In this document: piece after piece, positions 45,801 through 58,300 of the stretch
Layout of the letters: the number at the start of each line of letters is the position of its first letter
Numbering within the stretch: position 1 is the first letter of the stretch
NCBI RefSeq assembly: GCF_018977255.1
Contig: NW_024704772.1
Coordinates: 62,001 to 126,000, forward strand
Direction: 5' to 3'
DNA: 64,000 bases
Origin: Callorhinchus milii
Lineage: Eukaryota
The notes under the pieces: model-generated
Told to the model about the DNA's origin: nothing
Databases searched by the model: none
Seen by the model: the letters and a program-made list of their open reading frames with translations, nothing else
Program-made: the position numbers and the translations under genes

Positions 45801-48800
45801 CGACAGAATCTTCCAGGGTGAGGAGAAGCTTATTGAAGAGCAGGAATGGAAACCCGGTGTGGACAGACAAGGGGAGCAGAGCTGCCAGAGAATGTAAGGA
45901 ACCGAGATACAAGGAATGTGGCCAACCTTGTTCCACACACGCCAGATACTGATTCTTGGGCTGCTTCACAGTGCACAGAAACTCCCAGTAATCTGCTAAA
46001 AATAACTCTCACAAACCACTGTAGTTAGTTATACACATTGGCCACTACTCCTGACAAGCAACTTATACTTACAGATAATACAAGAGCTGACGTCTTTACT
46101 GAGAGTTTCAAAGACATGAATGCTGCCAGTCCGTACATACTGGGGAAATATTTAAAGCTTTAAACGTGAAGCAGTAAACAACAACAATCGGGTGGGGGGG
46201 GATGGAGATTGGAAGAACAATTGTGGAAATGGAAAGGAATGGTTTAAAGTGTTGCTGTGGCTGGATGGAGGTGGATCCAGCTCTGTACGTGGCACATGGT
46301 TGCTCTTATACAACAATTCCGGCTGGTGTTTACACTCCACACACCTGCAACCTTCCTATCCTCCCCTGTTTCCCTTCTCCATCGAGCATAGTCACAATTC
46401 AAGGCCTCTGCACACAGAGGGAGAGTTACTCACCCTTCCTCAGTCTCATTGATGATATCACAGATCTCGATGTTCAGGCCCCAATCCTCAGCCTGCAACG
46501 ATCCATCAGTTGCTTGTTCTGTGTTTGTAAAACAAGGAGAGTGAAAGCTTTCAATTTGAATATCAACTTACTGCTATTCACTGTGAGCACAGTCCTGTAT
46601 TAAAGAAACATGTCACTGAAATCGACGGTGAAAAATAAAAAGGCTGGAAATTCACAAGTCGTTCAGCAACTGAGAAAAAAGTTAGTTTAGCAGCTCAACA
46701 GCCAGAAACTGCCAGATCATTTACAGTCGCCCTCCACACAGGGTAGCGTCTCAGAGCGCTTGTCACTGCCACTTACGTCACCGTGCTGTTAATATCCCTG
46801 CTGCAGTTATTCATGTATTTATTGTTTGATAATTAGGTGTTTAATTGCGGCTCCGGCTCTGATTTAGACGTTGTACAGTCACAGCTCCACAATGTATATG
46901 CTCGGCCAAGGAGAAGATGCACGAGTCATGGTTCCATTTGGTAAAGTACTGGTTTGTTTACCCTGAATTTAATGCTGTTATTTCTCACCCAATCTCTGGT
47001 GAGTGCTCTTTAGTGTGTGCTCTTCGCTGAACAAATCTCAGTGGGGAGAGAGTTAAAAAGAAAACAGCAGCTCCTCCAACAGCACAAACAAGATCACCAC
47101 AAACTCAGCCATGAGCAGATCTACTCCTGAGCCAGCCAAGCACATCAACATAACGCCCAGCTCAGCCCTGAGCCTTGCCCCCGACAAACACAGCCATACA
47201 CCTCAGCCGACCAGCCAAGCAGACACAACACCCTCCACCCTGTGGCGAGGCAGAAGAAACAGATTATGTGGAAAAATCTGGAAAGTTGGAACGTTGGAAA
47301 TTCGCCATAAGCAGTTTGAACATGGCCTGGAGAAGAGGAAACGTTACTAAAGGGATTAAGGGATATGGGGATAGGGCGGGTAAATGGAATTAGGTTAGAA
47401 GATCAGCCATGATCTTATTAAATGGTGGAGCACAGGCTCGAGGGGCCGAATGGCTTACTCCTGCTCCGATTTCTTATGTTCTTATGAAACGTGAAGAGTT
47501 TTCCTGAGGAGGTGGTGGAGGCAGATTGTGTCAGCAAATGTAACAGGGAAGTAGATAGGTAGCCAGCCAAGAATTTAATTCAGGGACATGAGGGGTGAAA
47601 AATCACTTGATGGCCAGTCATACTATTACTCTGTTCCTGTTTCCAATATTGCTCGAGTAATAATTAACTGGACTTTGTGCCTTTTGTTGTGAAACCATAC
47701 ATGGAGCAGAGCAGATTCAACCTCAAGAGGGAAAACTTCTGAAGTGCAATAAACAACCTCTTAACTATTACTGGCAATCACTGCTTCACATCAGCACCAG
47801 ATCTAGATGACAACAGGACTGTGATACCTGTTCCAATGTCCTGACTCATCCACCCTTTCTGGTAACCTATCACAGCCACTAACTGCTAATTAAAGAAATA
47901 TTTTTGGGTGTATCCCTGAAACACATCCTCGACCTCTTGTTCTTCCTAATAATCAAATCAAAGTACACTACACACTGGCTGCTCACACAGTAATCAAGTT
48001 CTTATATAATTTGTAAAAGTTAAACAACAAAGAAGTCCCAAGATCAATAGCGACTGGGATTGAGATTGATAGAGCACCATCTTGGCACAGTTACAAACCT
48101 CTCAATGTCAGGAAGCTAAGCTAATACATGCCTGCACCTGTATTATTAATTCAATTCGCGTAGGTTTAACCTGAGCAACTGTTTGAAACCAGCACTCAAA
48201 CAATATCATCAGCACTCAATTATTTAAAGATGGAGGAAGCCAACCCAGGCAGCAGGACCAAGCGCATACGAGGGAAGTTTCTCTTAACAGAGGAGAAACC
48301 AGGTCACAAGGAGGAGTGTGAAAAGGCAGGACCCTTGACTGATGCTGAGGCTGTGATGTGAAGTCTGCTGGTGGGTTTTCTGGCAGGAGATCAAATGGGC
48401 AAAGGTCCTTTTTCATCCCAACTTCTTTTGATCTTTATATAACTTTTATAAAATAAAAGCCACAGAAGCAAATTATTTTGCTGTGACTTGATACAAATAT
48501 ATTGATATAGCGAAGAGTCTTTTATCGGGAGGACATCCCAAGGTGTTGATATCTGATGCATCAATGACAATAATAAGGCGCTACATCAAATGCAAGGATG
48601 ATAACAATAATCTCACATTTTACAATTATAGGCAGAAGCAGAGCTCAATTAACCATTACTGATCATTTCATTCTAAAACTAGAATCATTTATAATGGAGT
48701 CTGCTGACACTCATCGTCTGATACTGATCACACGTGGGGAAGCCACCACAGGCTGACAGGGACCCGTGAAACCACATGACAGCATGAATCAGTGATTTCA

Positions 48801-50480
48801 GAGTAGGGAGGGGATCTATAAATACAAATATGTGCAATTACAATTATTAGGGTTGCTGTGGGAGGCATTCCAACATCTGTTAGCATAGGTGGGGCATCAG
48901 CATTGAATTCCTAACCTCAACTACACCGATTGGTAAAACGGGTTGTTCTTTTGCAGATAATAGAGTCACCAAAAACTGCTCAAATTATCAGGAACAAATT
49001 TCTCTCAGTCACAAAATGGTGCAGAGTTTAAACGGAAACATAAGGGACATAATAACAGAAGTGTAAACCAAGGACCATCTTTGCTGCGTTTCTCTCTAAA
49101 CCAGACTCACTCACTCAAATAGCTGTCTCAAAGACTCACTCATTAACTATCATTTAAAGAAATGAAAGTCAGTCTTTTCTAACAATAGACACAGTGTGCA
49201 CGGAACCATGGAACTCACCCCATGTCTCAGGAATGGCTGAAAGTCACTCACTAAATAAAATTACTTACTCATTTTGTTTGTTGCTGTGTGGGGTAAGCAC
49301 TCCGGGACTCTATCCCGTGTGAGGGGCGCTATATTTGTGCACAACTCACATTCACTGCACTACACAGTGAATCATGTGAGTGGCCTTGAGACATCCTCCT
49401 GATGTGAAAGGCATATAAATGTAAGGATTATTAATATTGTTGTTACTAAATAATAATCATAAGGTCACTCAATCCACGACTGTTTGTGGGGACGCTGCTG
49501 TGCGTAATTGGCTGCCGTGTTTCGCCCACAAAATATACAGTCACTTCACTTTACAGTCTATCCTGTGTAGCACTTTGAGACATCTTGACGACGTGATCAG
49601 GCGCCATATCAAATGTGAGGATTATTATATCAATGTTATTAAGATTATTATTAACGTTATGATCATTGCCGTTGAAGCTGATTTGTTGTCCCAGGGCCAG
49701 ACGTGCCCTCGGAGGCTCCCGATTGACTGTCAGAGCCGCCAATCACCAAATAAAAACAACAAACAACTAAAATAGGAATAAAATCANNNNNNNNNNNNNN
49801 NNNNNNNNNNNNNNNNNNNNNNNNNNNNNNNNNNNNNNNNNNNNNNNNNNNNNNNNNNNNNNNNNNNNNNNNNNNNNNNNNNNNNNNNNNNNNNNNNNNN
49901 NNNNNNNNNNNNNNNNNNNNNNNNNNNNNNNNNNNNNNNNNNNNNNNNNNNNNNNNNNNNNNNNNNNNNNNNNNNNNNNNNNNNNNNNNNNNNNNNNNNN
50001 NNNNNNNNNNNNNNNNNNNNNNNNNNNNNNNNNNNNNNNNNNNNNNNNNNNNNNNNNNNNNNNNNNNNNNNNNNNNNNNNNNNNNNNNNNNNNNNNNNNN
50101 NNNNNNNNNNNNNNNNNNNNNNNNNNNNNNNNNNNNNNNNNNNNNNNNNNNNNNNNNNNNNNNNNNNNNNNNNNNNNNNNNNNNNNNNNNNNNNNNNNNN
50201 NNNNNNNNNNNNNNNNNNNNNNNNNNNNNNNNNNNNNNNNNNNNNNNNNNNNNNNNNNNNNNNNNNNNNNNNNNNNNNNNNNNNNNNNNNNNNNNNNNNN
50301 NNNNNNNNNNNNNNNNNNNNNNNNNNNNNNNNNNNNNNNNNNNNNNNNNNNNNNNNNNNNNNNNNNNNNNNNNNNNNNNNNNNNNNNNNNNNNNNNNNNN
50401 NNNNNNNNNNNNGGTGGGGGGTCGGTACCGATGCGCTGCCCCACGGGGCTGCTGTAGGGGCTGCCGTACAGGAACTCCAT
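31399..50480 (-). CDS. TOM1: Target of Myb1 membrane trafficking protein (VHS + GAT), 16 exons, about 520 aa (498 without the 66-nt exon)
   Basis: Exons 50480-50429, 46518-46434, 43932-43854, 43203-43054, 42931-42797, 42307-42170, 41224-41108, 40818-40685, 40205-40166, 39182-39071, 38038-37909, 35500-35425, 34903-34838, 32749-32690, 32152-32110, 31544-31399; frame continuous. [31 protein letters not shown] clathrin box, [20 protein letters not shown] (as recalled for human TOM1), [14 protein letters not shown]; adjacent to HMGXB4 as in human. Confidence 0.93.
36808..36990 (-). CDS. Putative 60-aa single-pass membrane microprotein nested in TOM1 intron 11 (not recognised)
   Basis: [60 protein letters not shown]. 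Kozak gagATGG; in-frame TGA 15 nt upstream; 42 of 60 codons end in G/C in an AT-rich intron; flanked by an acceptor (37068-37067) and a CAG|GTGAGT donor (36691/36690). Confidence 0.55.
   Translation of the reverse strand: MDLNDLKQFIPFFLICLLIVVLYFFLEAIILSGPFTDPHFFEKFDRKNPKLFSVNSTSDS
38364..38730 (+). mobile_element. tRNA-headed SINE, full length
   Basis: ggagtcctgcaactcagtagttagagc...gggtttgattcccgg head; tail gctatatcaaatgcaagggttattattat. Confidence 0.88.
39817..40125 (+). mobile_element. tRNA-headed SINE, young short subfamily
   Basis: Near-identical to 45461-45790 and 51505-51822; (TTA)n tail. Confidence 0.9.
41340..42048 (-). mobile_element. Two tandem tRNA-headed SINE copies (about 41340-41675 and 41715-42048)
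   Basis: Heads gtcctgtagctcaatggttagagcac (41675) and tctgtagctcagtggttggagc (42048), each followed by the family body and (TTA)n tail. Confidence 0.85.
45461..45790 (+). mobile_element. tRNA-headed SINE, young short subfamily, inserted into an L2 tail
   Basis: ggagtcctgtagctcagtggttagagcac...gagttcaattcc...gcgctatatcaaatgcaaggattattattatt; flanked by gctgtataaatgcaagatgt on the left and tgttgtt on the right. Confidence 0.92.
47300..47490 (+). mobile_element. CR1-like LINE 3' end
   Basis: aagggatatggggatagggcgggtaaatgg...gatcagccatgatc...ggctcgaggggccgaatggcttactcctgctcc, with terminal (TTCTTATG)2. Confidence 0.8.
49787..50412. other. Assembly gap (626 N) at the start of TOM1 intron 1
   Basis: Run of n beginning 16 nt after the exon 1 donor. 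Confidence 0.99.
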
Positions 50481-50707
50481 CGCCGCCGCCGCCGCCAGAC
50501 CCCGGACCGCGCTGTCTGTCCGTCCGTCTGTGCCTCTGTCCCTCTCTGTGCCTCTGTCCCTCTCTGTGTCTCTGTCTCTCTCTGTGTCGCTGTCCCTCCG
50601 CCGCCCTTCTCTCTCTCACTGGTCGCGGCAAGAGGCGCCGCCCACCTAACACTGCCCCTCCCCCTCCTGCCCCGCCGCCAACAGCGCCACCCAGCGGCCG
50701 GGAGCAG

Positions 50708-50885
50708 CACATACACACACTGTATACACAGTATATACACTACACACATATACACACTACACATATACAGTATATACACATACACACACTATATATACAC
50801 ACATATAAACATACAAACACTCACCACAACATCCTTCACACATACACACATATATATACACACAATACACACATCAGAACACACT
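50708..50885 (+). repeat. (CA/TA)n low-complexity tract upstream of the TOM1 promoter
   Basis: Directly visible; similar tracts at 33630-33805 and 35872-35945. Confidence 0.9.
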
Positions 50886-51504
50886 TCACTCCCTGCCCCA
50901 AGGCTGTGAGTGTGTCTGTGCCCCTCAGACTGGCTCAGGGTGGGCGCCTCTCTCTCCTTCACCTGTGAGTCAGAAGGTTCACACCGGCTCAGCGTCAAAC
51001 TACACCGCAGACCAGTACATTGAGACACCTCGGGACATCCTCCCGACGTGAAAGGTGATATACACATGTACTTTGTTGTTGTTGAAACGTTTCCCCCATG
51101 TGACAGGCGCAATATACATGCAAGTTGTTGTTGGTTGTCTGATCTAGGTTGACATCCCAGGGTGGGCTGGGGGGTGAGGATGGGGCGTTGCATTGCCACT
51201 AATCGGGCAGATTTTAACAATAAAAAGAGTAGGCGAGGGTCTCCTGGGTGGGAGCGGGCAAACCCCCAGATTAATCAGTCAGGACAAATAGCTGTCCAAG
51301 CTTTAAAGACATTGCAGGGGGCAGCAGCCAAGCGAATCCTCCGTGTTACAAGGATTAGGTTTGAGAGATGACAAATATGCAGCGTCTCTTCAGCTACAAA
51401 AGGGGTATCCCCGAAGAAACGTCATAGATCTGTGCAAAATGTTTACAAAGTGTGAAGTAAATCCAGAACAATGATTTAGAGGTTCCCCAAACAAGCAAGA
51501 CAAG

Positions 51505-51822
51505 AGTCCTGTAGCTCAGTGGTTAGAGCACTCGCTTTGCAAGTGAGAGACCTGAGTTCAATTCCAGGCAGAGGGCGAAACCTTGGGCAAGTTTCCTTAC
51601 TCCACACAGCGCCTAATAATAGTCCCTCCAAAACCAAAACAATAATAAATTGGTCATTTTCAATCTACGACTGTTTGTGGGACATTGCTGTGCGCAATTG
51701 GCTGCCGCGTTCGCCCACAAATATACAGTCAATTCACTTTACAGTGTGTTCTGTGAAGCGCTTTGGGACGTCCTCCCGACGTGAAAAGCGCTATATCAAA
51801 TGCAAGGATTATTATTTATTAT
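51505..51822 (+). mobile_element. tRNA-headed SINE, young short subfamily
   Basis: Near-identical to 45461-45790. Confidence 0.92.
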
Positions 51823-52395
51823 ATAAGAGGCCACAGGTTCAGTGAGGGATCATTAAGGGCAGATGTGAGGAAGTATATCTGTAGCAGGGGAGGGAGGAGA
51901 TTTCTAGCAGGAGGTTTATGAAGGCAACAGCACATATATTAATAGAATAATAAGGCAGAGACAGATACAGGTACAAAAAAGGGTTTCATTTTATAATAAT
52001 TCTACAGTAAAAACTACAGTAAACACTGTGCAACTCAACAAGACTAGGAAGCACTTTTTATAAAAGATCAAAAAAATCAGACAGGATTATATTTTAGCCG
52101 CTCTTACTCCTCCTTCCGTCCAGTGAAATCACACCCCAGATTCCCCAAAATTCAGGAAAGGAGAGAACGGAGAGAAGGGAAAGGGAACAAATAGGTAAAA
52201 GCTGCTTGCTCCCACATTGCAGCAAACCCACAATTTGAATGCTCACCCTGTGTCCATTGTTACACACTGGACCTGTTGGACTATCAACGATGATCAGGAG
52301 ACACTGAAGGAAAAGTAAAACGACACAAATGTTCCTCTTCTACAGTGAACAGTCTTTATATACAATATGTTCAGGTTCTCGGCGTCAGCCCTCGG

Positions 52396-55300
52396 TCAAA
52401 GCCCCGGCATGATGTAAGCAATGTTATCCAAAGTGTTTGCCTGGTCAATGAAGAAGACACCGTAAGAAAAAACACAGCAACAACTTCAAACAGTCTACGT
52501 ACCTGTGGAGTGACGTACATCAGTCAGCCAGCCAACCAACCAGCCAGTCAAGCCGGATAATACCGTCTGCAATCTCTGTCCACATGATTGCATCTTCTAG
52601 CGGGGGTGGGGAGAGGGGGACACTGTCCAGTGATCAGGAGCAGGATCACCACCCAATCTTTCCCTCTCTGCAGCCCAGGAACATTGAGGTCAGTTATTGT
52701 GATCAGCCAATGACACCAGTGTGTTTGAAGAGGTTTCCAATCTCATGGTTTGGTTCAGATTCACTCAAAACTGTGAGGTTATTTCACTTAAATAACTGGT
52801 CTCCATCGCTAATAAAAGCTACACTAAACACGCTTCGCATCCTCTTTCCAGCCGCACGTGTCTGTTACTTACAGAATCACAGCACAGATGGCTTAAGAGT
52901 TTCTGCAATAACTCTCTTTCACATCCACTTTCCTGTCCTTTCCATGTATTGTACCCCTTAATAAGTGTTTTTCCAAATGTTTGTCTAATTTCCCCTTTAA
53001 AAACTGTTACTATTCTGTTGTAAAAGATATTTTTCAATCAGATATTCCACATCAAACACTTCTCCTTCCCTTGGTGTGACAACCTGATGGTAATTCTTTT
53101 AATAATCTTAACTTATTGTCCTAAAGACTGTCAACCTCAAACCTGAGCCCAGACTGTTACCCTCTGAACCGGGCTGAGCAGTCGGTGCTCAGTGTTATTC
53201 GTATGTGTGAGAAATGTACCAGAACATCTTTTGAGCAGCCGTTGAGGTGATGGACCTGGGCAGTGAGACAGGCCAGAGGACCCAGGGCACAGATTATCGA
53301 ATCCAGCAGCACCGACAGACTGCCGGAAACCGCCACCATCCCCTAGCAGGAAAAGGAAAACAAGATTTAATCATAGCCGTTTGGGGTTTATAACAAAATG
53401 TAAAATGCACGTCAGTTTTCACGACATGTTGGTCAATGGGTCGAGAACGATTGCGACTCAATGTTGGTACCTGAACTCTGTCTCACATCAATGATCCTCC
53501 AACAGTTACCTGACCAGGGAGTCATGGCACCGCATTAAAACAGCAGCACAACAAAATACATTTGCTTAGCGCCCCTCATGTCCGGAGGACATCCCGGGGC
53601 GCTGGACAATCAGTATTTCAGACTTGAGCTAAGGGCTGGGATCGTGGAGTGAGAAAGAGGGTGATCAAAAGCGAAGAGGAGAGTCTTGAGATGGGTCTTG
53701 AAGGAAGCAAGAGAGGGGGCGAGGCCCAGAGTCTGCGGGATGGAGTTCCATCTCCTCCGCTTTCAGCCACAACGCCCCGAAGTTCTGGAACTCTCTCCCT
53801 CAAGCCCTCCGCCTTGCCCCTTACCTCTGCCTTTCAAACCTCACCTAAAGACCTTCCTTTTTGATGGTGCTTATGGTCATCTCCCCCCTCCCTCTCCCCT
53901 GGCTCGGGGTCAGACTCCGCCACTGTCAAGCGATCGGGAGATGTGGCACGCAGAGCGCTGTGTAAATGCAAATTGTTGTTGTTGTTGTTCCTGCTTCAAC
54001 TCAATCTTTATCAAGTCATTAATACTGTGGAATCTGTCCCTAACAGTGCAGCACAGCGCAGTGCAATCACCCACTCGGCCACTGGGGGAAGCTCTCTCTC
54101 TCTCTCTCTCCCCTAACGCTCACCTCAGTCTCCTGCAGTCGGTGCCCGATGAGACTCAGCGATTCTCCCAGGAGCTGAAGGTGAGCAGCTGCATCGATGG
54201 GCTCGGCCTCGGGCATTTTAATGGGGGAGACAGAGTGAGCGGCCGCCCCTGACCCGCTCGAATGGGAGGATTTCCTGTGAGGAGACGTGATTCCCGACGG
54301 GGACGAGTGGTGGCTGCCTGCAACAGCGAAGGTACAAATCAACAAGGGATTCACTGAGACATCGATGGTCAGAACTTCGGGTCAAACTACTTTCCCTTCT
54401 CGGATAGTGTCCCCGCGTCTCTGGCTCCGAGACGCTGCTCCGCATGAAGGCCGCTGGATAAATGTAAGTTGTCGTCGTCGCATCCACCTGAAGGCAGGAC
54501 CAAAGAACAATATCTCCGACCTGCAGTGACAGCCCGGGGCCTGAACCTACAAGTTTCTGACCACTCACTGCCTTCTAGCAAAATCACTTTCAATTGCGAC
54601 CATTTTGTGTAATAATAATAAATAATAATCCTTACATTTGATACAGCGCCTTATCACGTCTTCTAGACCCTTCAAAGCGCTTCACAGAATATACTGTAAA
54701 GTGTAGTGACTGTATATTTTGTGGGTGAAATTGCGCACACGGTCAATGAGGATGGCTCACAGTCTGAACACAGCACAAACAGTAATCATCAAAACATAGA
54801 CGGTAGCAAACAGAGGCGTCCAAGAAATGATCTTTTAGATGAAATAATGATGCGTAACCTTCAGTGTCAACCAGGAAGCCGCCCGAGATTGTCCTCCTCC
54901 TGAACTGAGAGGAGATGTGTCGTCGCTGGAGACCTGAGGGAGAGAACAAGGGAACAAGCTCCATCACAGCACAAGACATCCTGCTGATCCCTGGGTACCA
55001 AACACCATGGATGGGTCAGCGACAGGAAGGTCCCAGGGCCCAATGCCAGCTGTGCGTTTGCATGGGCTGAAACTGGCCTATGTTTCCAGGGGCTATAATA
55101 GGAAACATCAGTGTTCACGTGGGACAAAACATCTCGATGCGTTTCAGAGATGATGGGAGGAACAGGAAGAAAGAGGGTGGAGATTTAAAGGTGGCCATTT
55201 AATGCTGTTAGAATAACAATAACGTTCTTTGGTGTTAGCCAAGAATAAGCACAAAAAGGTTTGAAGAGGTTTTTGCAGAAGATTCAAAGTGAAGGGATTT

Positions 55301-58300
55301 GGGGAATGAATTCCAGGGGGAAAACTGGCCATGGCAGTGGGACACATGGAGTGAGGAATGTGGGAAGGACTGGAGACAGACAGGGCTGGAGATGGTTAGG
55401 AATAAATATATTTTAGGGGAAAAACACCAGGTAAAAACCAAAGTGGAGAGACAGGGAGGAGCTGCTTGGCCGGGGATGATGAAGTACCTTTGGGTTTGGT
55501 GGATTTGGTTGATTTTGTAATTGCCGTGTCCGAGGGGTCTGTTAGTTTCCGTTTGATGGTTGTGGCCTCGGCTTTGTTCTGTTTGTGCTGCAGGTAAAGA
55601 CACTTCTGCTTCCAGGCCTGGGGTCAACACAAACACAGCTTATTCTCCAATAGACACTTTAGGGTTTGCCCCGAGCTGGGGGTTGGAAGGTTGGGTGGGG
55701 TTAGGGAGGAGGGTTGAGTGTGGTTGGGGGTGGGGTAGGGGTGTGAATGGGGTTTGGGGTGAGACATGGTCAACGAGGATGGCTGAAAATAGCACAAAGG
55801 CAGAACAATTTGCTTCTGATTGGATGAGACGGCACTTACCAGCTTTTCCTTCTCAGGAAGCTGTTTCCACACCTCGGCCAGTTTTTTGCTCAATTCCCCG
55901 AAATCTGTCCAAACAATTCACCAACATTTTAGTGGCACTTTTCAGGGGCTGGAAATGCCTCATTGTATTAACCTAAAGACCAACACATTAGGTCTGAAAC
56001 TTCCCTCGCCTCCTTCAAGGCACGCCTTACGACCCTCTTCTTCGACCGTGCCTTTGGCCACCTTCCTACCCCCACCCTCCCAGATCCCCACGCTCCTCTC
56101 CCCCCCCCCCCCCCCGTGCTCAGGTCCTAATCCCTGACTGTTCAGCGCCTTGGGTCATCCTCCTGACGTGAAAGGCGCTTTGCAAATGTAATTTTGTATT
56201 GTATTAAAATTCACACTCATGCACAATTTGGGAAAATTGTTTGATTTAGCTTTAATTAGCCACTGGACCACAGGGTCTCTGCTGTTCAGTTCTGTCTGTT
56301 TCAATAAAACCCCCTTCATCAACATATTTGGATGTAAAACAAGGCAACTACCTTTCTTGCCTATTGCCGGGTGTTCAGCAATGATGTTAACTCTGTATTC
56401 TTTGCAGAAGACCTGATAGGCCGTCATTATTTTCTTTTTCTGTAAAAGAAATGCAATAATAACCGTTACAGAATAACTTCAACCAGGACACTTTCTCCAG
56501 CCCGGAACCAGCCGTGACAGGACCTACACATAACTACACAAACGTTCTCTCCAGGTGAGTTTCGCTTACTAATATTTACATTTTGGACACATCTCTTTCC
56601 AATATTCAACTTCTTGAAAAACTCCCATTAATAAACCTCTTTAGCAATAATCGATGACCCATTGTAACTAGTCAGTCAATTCACTTTACAGTGTATCCTG
56701 AGAAGCGTTTGAGACGTCTCGAAGACGTGATAAGGCGCTGTATTATTGTTTCTCATCCACCTGAAAACGGCACCTGTGACAGTGCAGCGCCCCCTGCTGG
56801 TTGGTACCAGTGACTGCGTGGCGCCCCCTGCTGGTTGGTACCAGTGACTGCGTGGCGCCCCCTGCTGGTTGGTACCAGTGACTGCGTGGCGCCCCCTGCT
56901 GGCTGATATCTGTGCTGCGGGGTGATGTCTGAGCTCACTTTGGTCAGGGCTCAAGTGGGAAATGTGTAACATGAGATAGTGTCAATGGCAAATCTGGGCT
57001 ACAACTTCCTCTGACCCAATTATTCCCAAATTACCTTTTCGGGTTTCGGGTCAAACTTCTCTTTTTCCTTTTCTTCCTTTTTCTTCTTTTTTTCACTGTG
57101 GCTGTCGGTATGGAATATGGGCGGGGGAGGTGTGGGAATAGTGTAGGGAGTGACCACTGTGGGCTGGAGAGGAGGGAAGGTCACGACGCTGGGCTTCACC
57201 TCTCCCGGGGACAAGCCGGAGCCTCTCTTGGACTTGGAATGTTTCTTGTCTTTGTGTTTCTCTCTGTCTTTGTCTTTCTTCTTCTTGCTCTTTTTTGCTT
57301 TCTTCTTTTTCTTGATCTCGCGATACGAGTCGTCGATGACCAGCTCCCCGGCCTCCAGCTCGGCCCCCGAGGACGAGGCGCTGTCCAGCGTCTCCAGCCC
57401 CGAGAACTGATACTCGGCCAGGCCACTACCGTGCACCTCAGAGTAGAAGGAAGCCTCGGACTCGAAGCTCTCGCTGACCCGGGCCTCGGCTCTGTGCTTC
57501 TTCTTGACGCTCTGGGCCTTGGGGAATGTTCCCTGCTCCTCCCGTGAAGCTTTCTTGGACGGTTTCTTCAGACTGGAGGTGGCAGCGAAGCTGAAGGCCT
57601 CGTCGTCGGTGCTGGACTTGTCCTTGGGTGACAGAAGCAGCTTCACTCTCAGGCCCTCACCGTCCCTCGCACTCCCTCCCTCTGTGTTCAGAAACAGCGG
57701 CTTCAGCTTTTTGGCTTTGTGACCCTCTCCCTCTTGCCCGGCATCCTCACTGTCTGCTCCCCCGGACCTCTTCCTGTGCTCCTTCCTGCTATCTGTGGGG
57801 AAAGCCGTGTGCGAGGACGAGCTAAAGGGAGAGAACGAAGATTTCTCAGTCTTTTTGGAGGACTTGCTCAGTGCTGGGGAGGTGATAGCCTTCAGGAGCC
57901 CCATGGCTGTGTCCGAGTGGTGACTCTCACTTCTCTTCTTCTTCCTCACAGGCTCCATTGGTGACAGCTCTGCACAATTAGTGAAAGGAAAAATCATCTT
58001 TTTACAATAATAATAATCCTCGAATTTGATACAATGCCTTATCAATTCTTCGAGATGTCTCAAAGCAATTCACAGGTAAGTGAATTGACTGTATAATTTG
58101 TGGGTGAAACGCAGCAGCCAATTCCACACACCAGTGTCCCACGAACAGTCGTCGATTGAATGAACAACATTTTTTTTAAAGGACCATTACCCCTGGAAAA
58201 GCAATCTGCCAATCGCCTAACAACCGGGTTCCTACTTCCTGTTGGGTAAAGAGGTGCGTGGTGTAAGCAAACTTGCCCAACATTTCCCCCTGACCGGGAA

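Noticed and set aside
49663-50785. ORFs of 237-351 aa spanning the N run
   Set aside because: Artefacts of the assembly gap; only TOM1 exon 1 (50480-50429) is coding.
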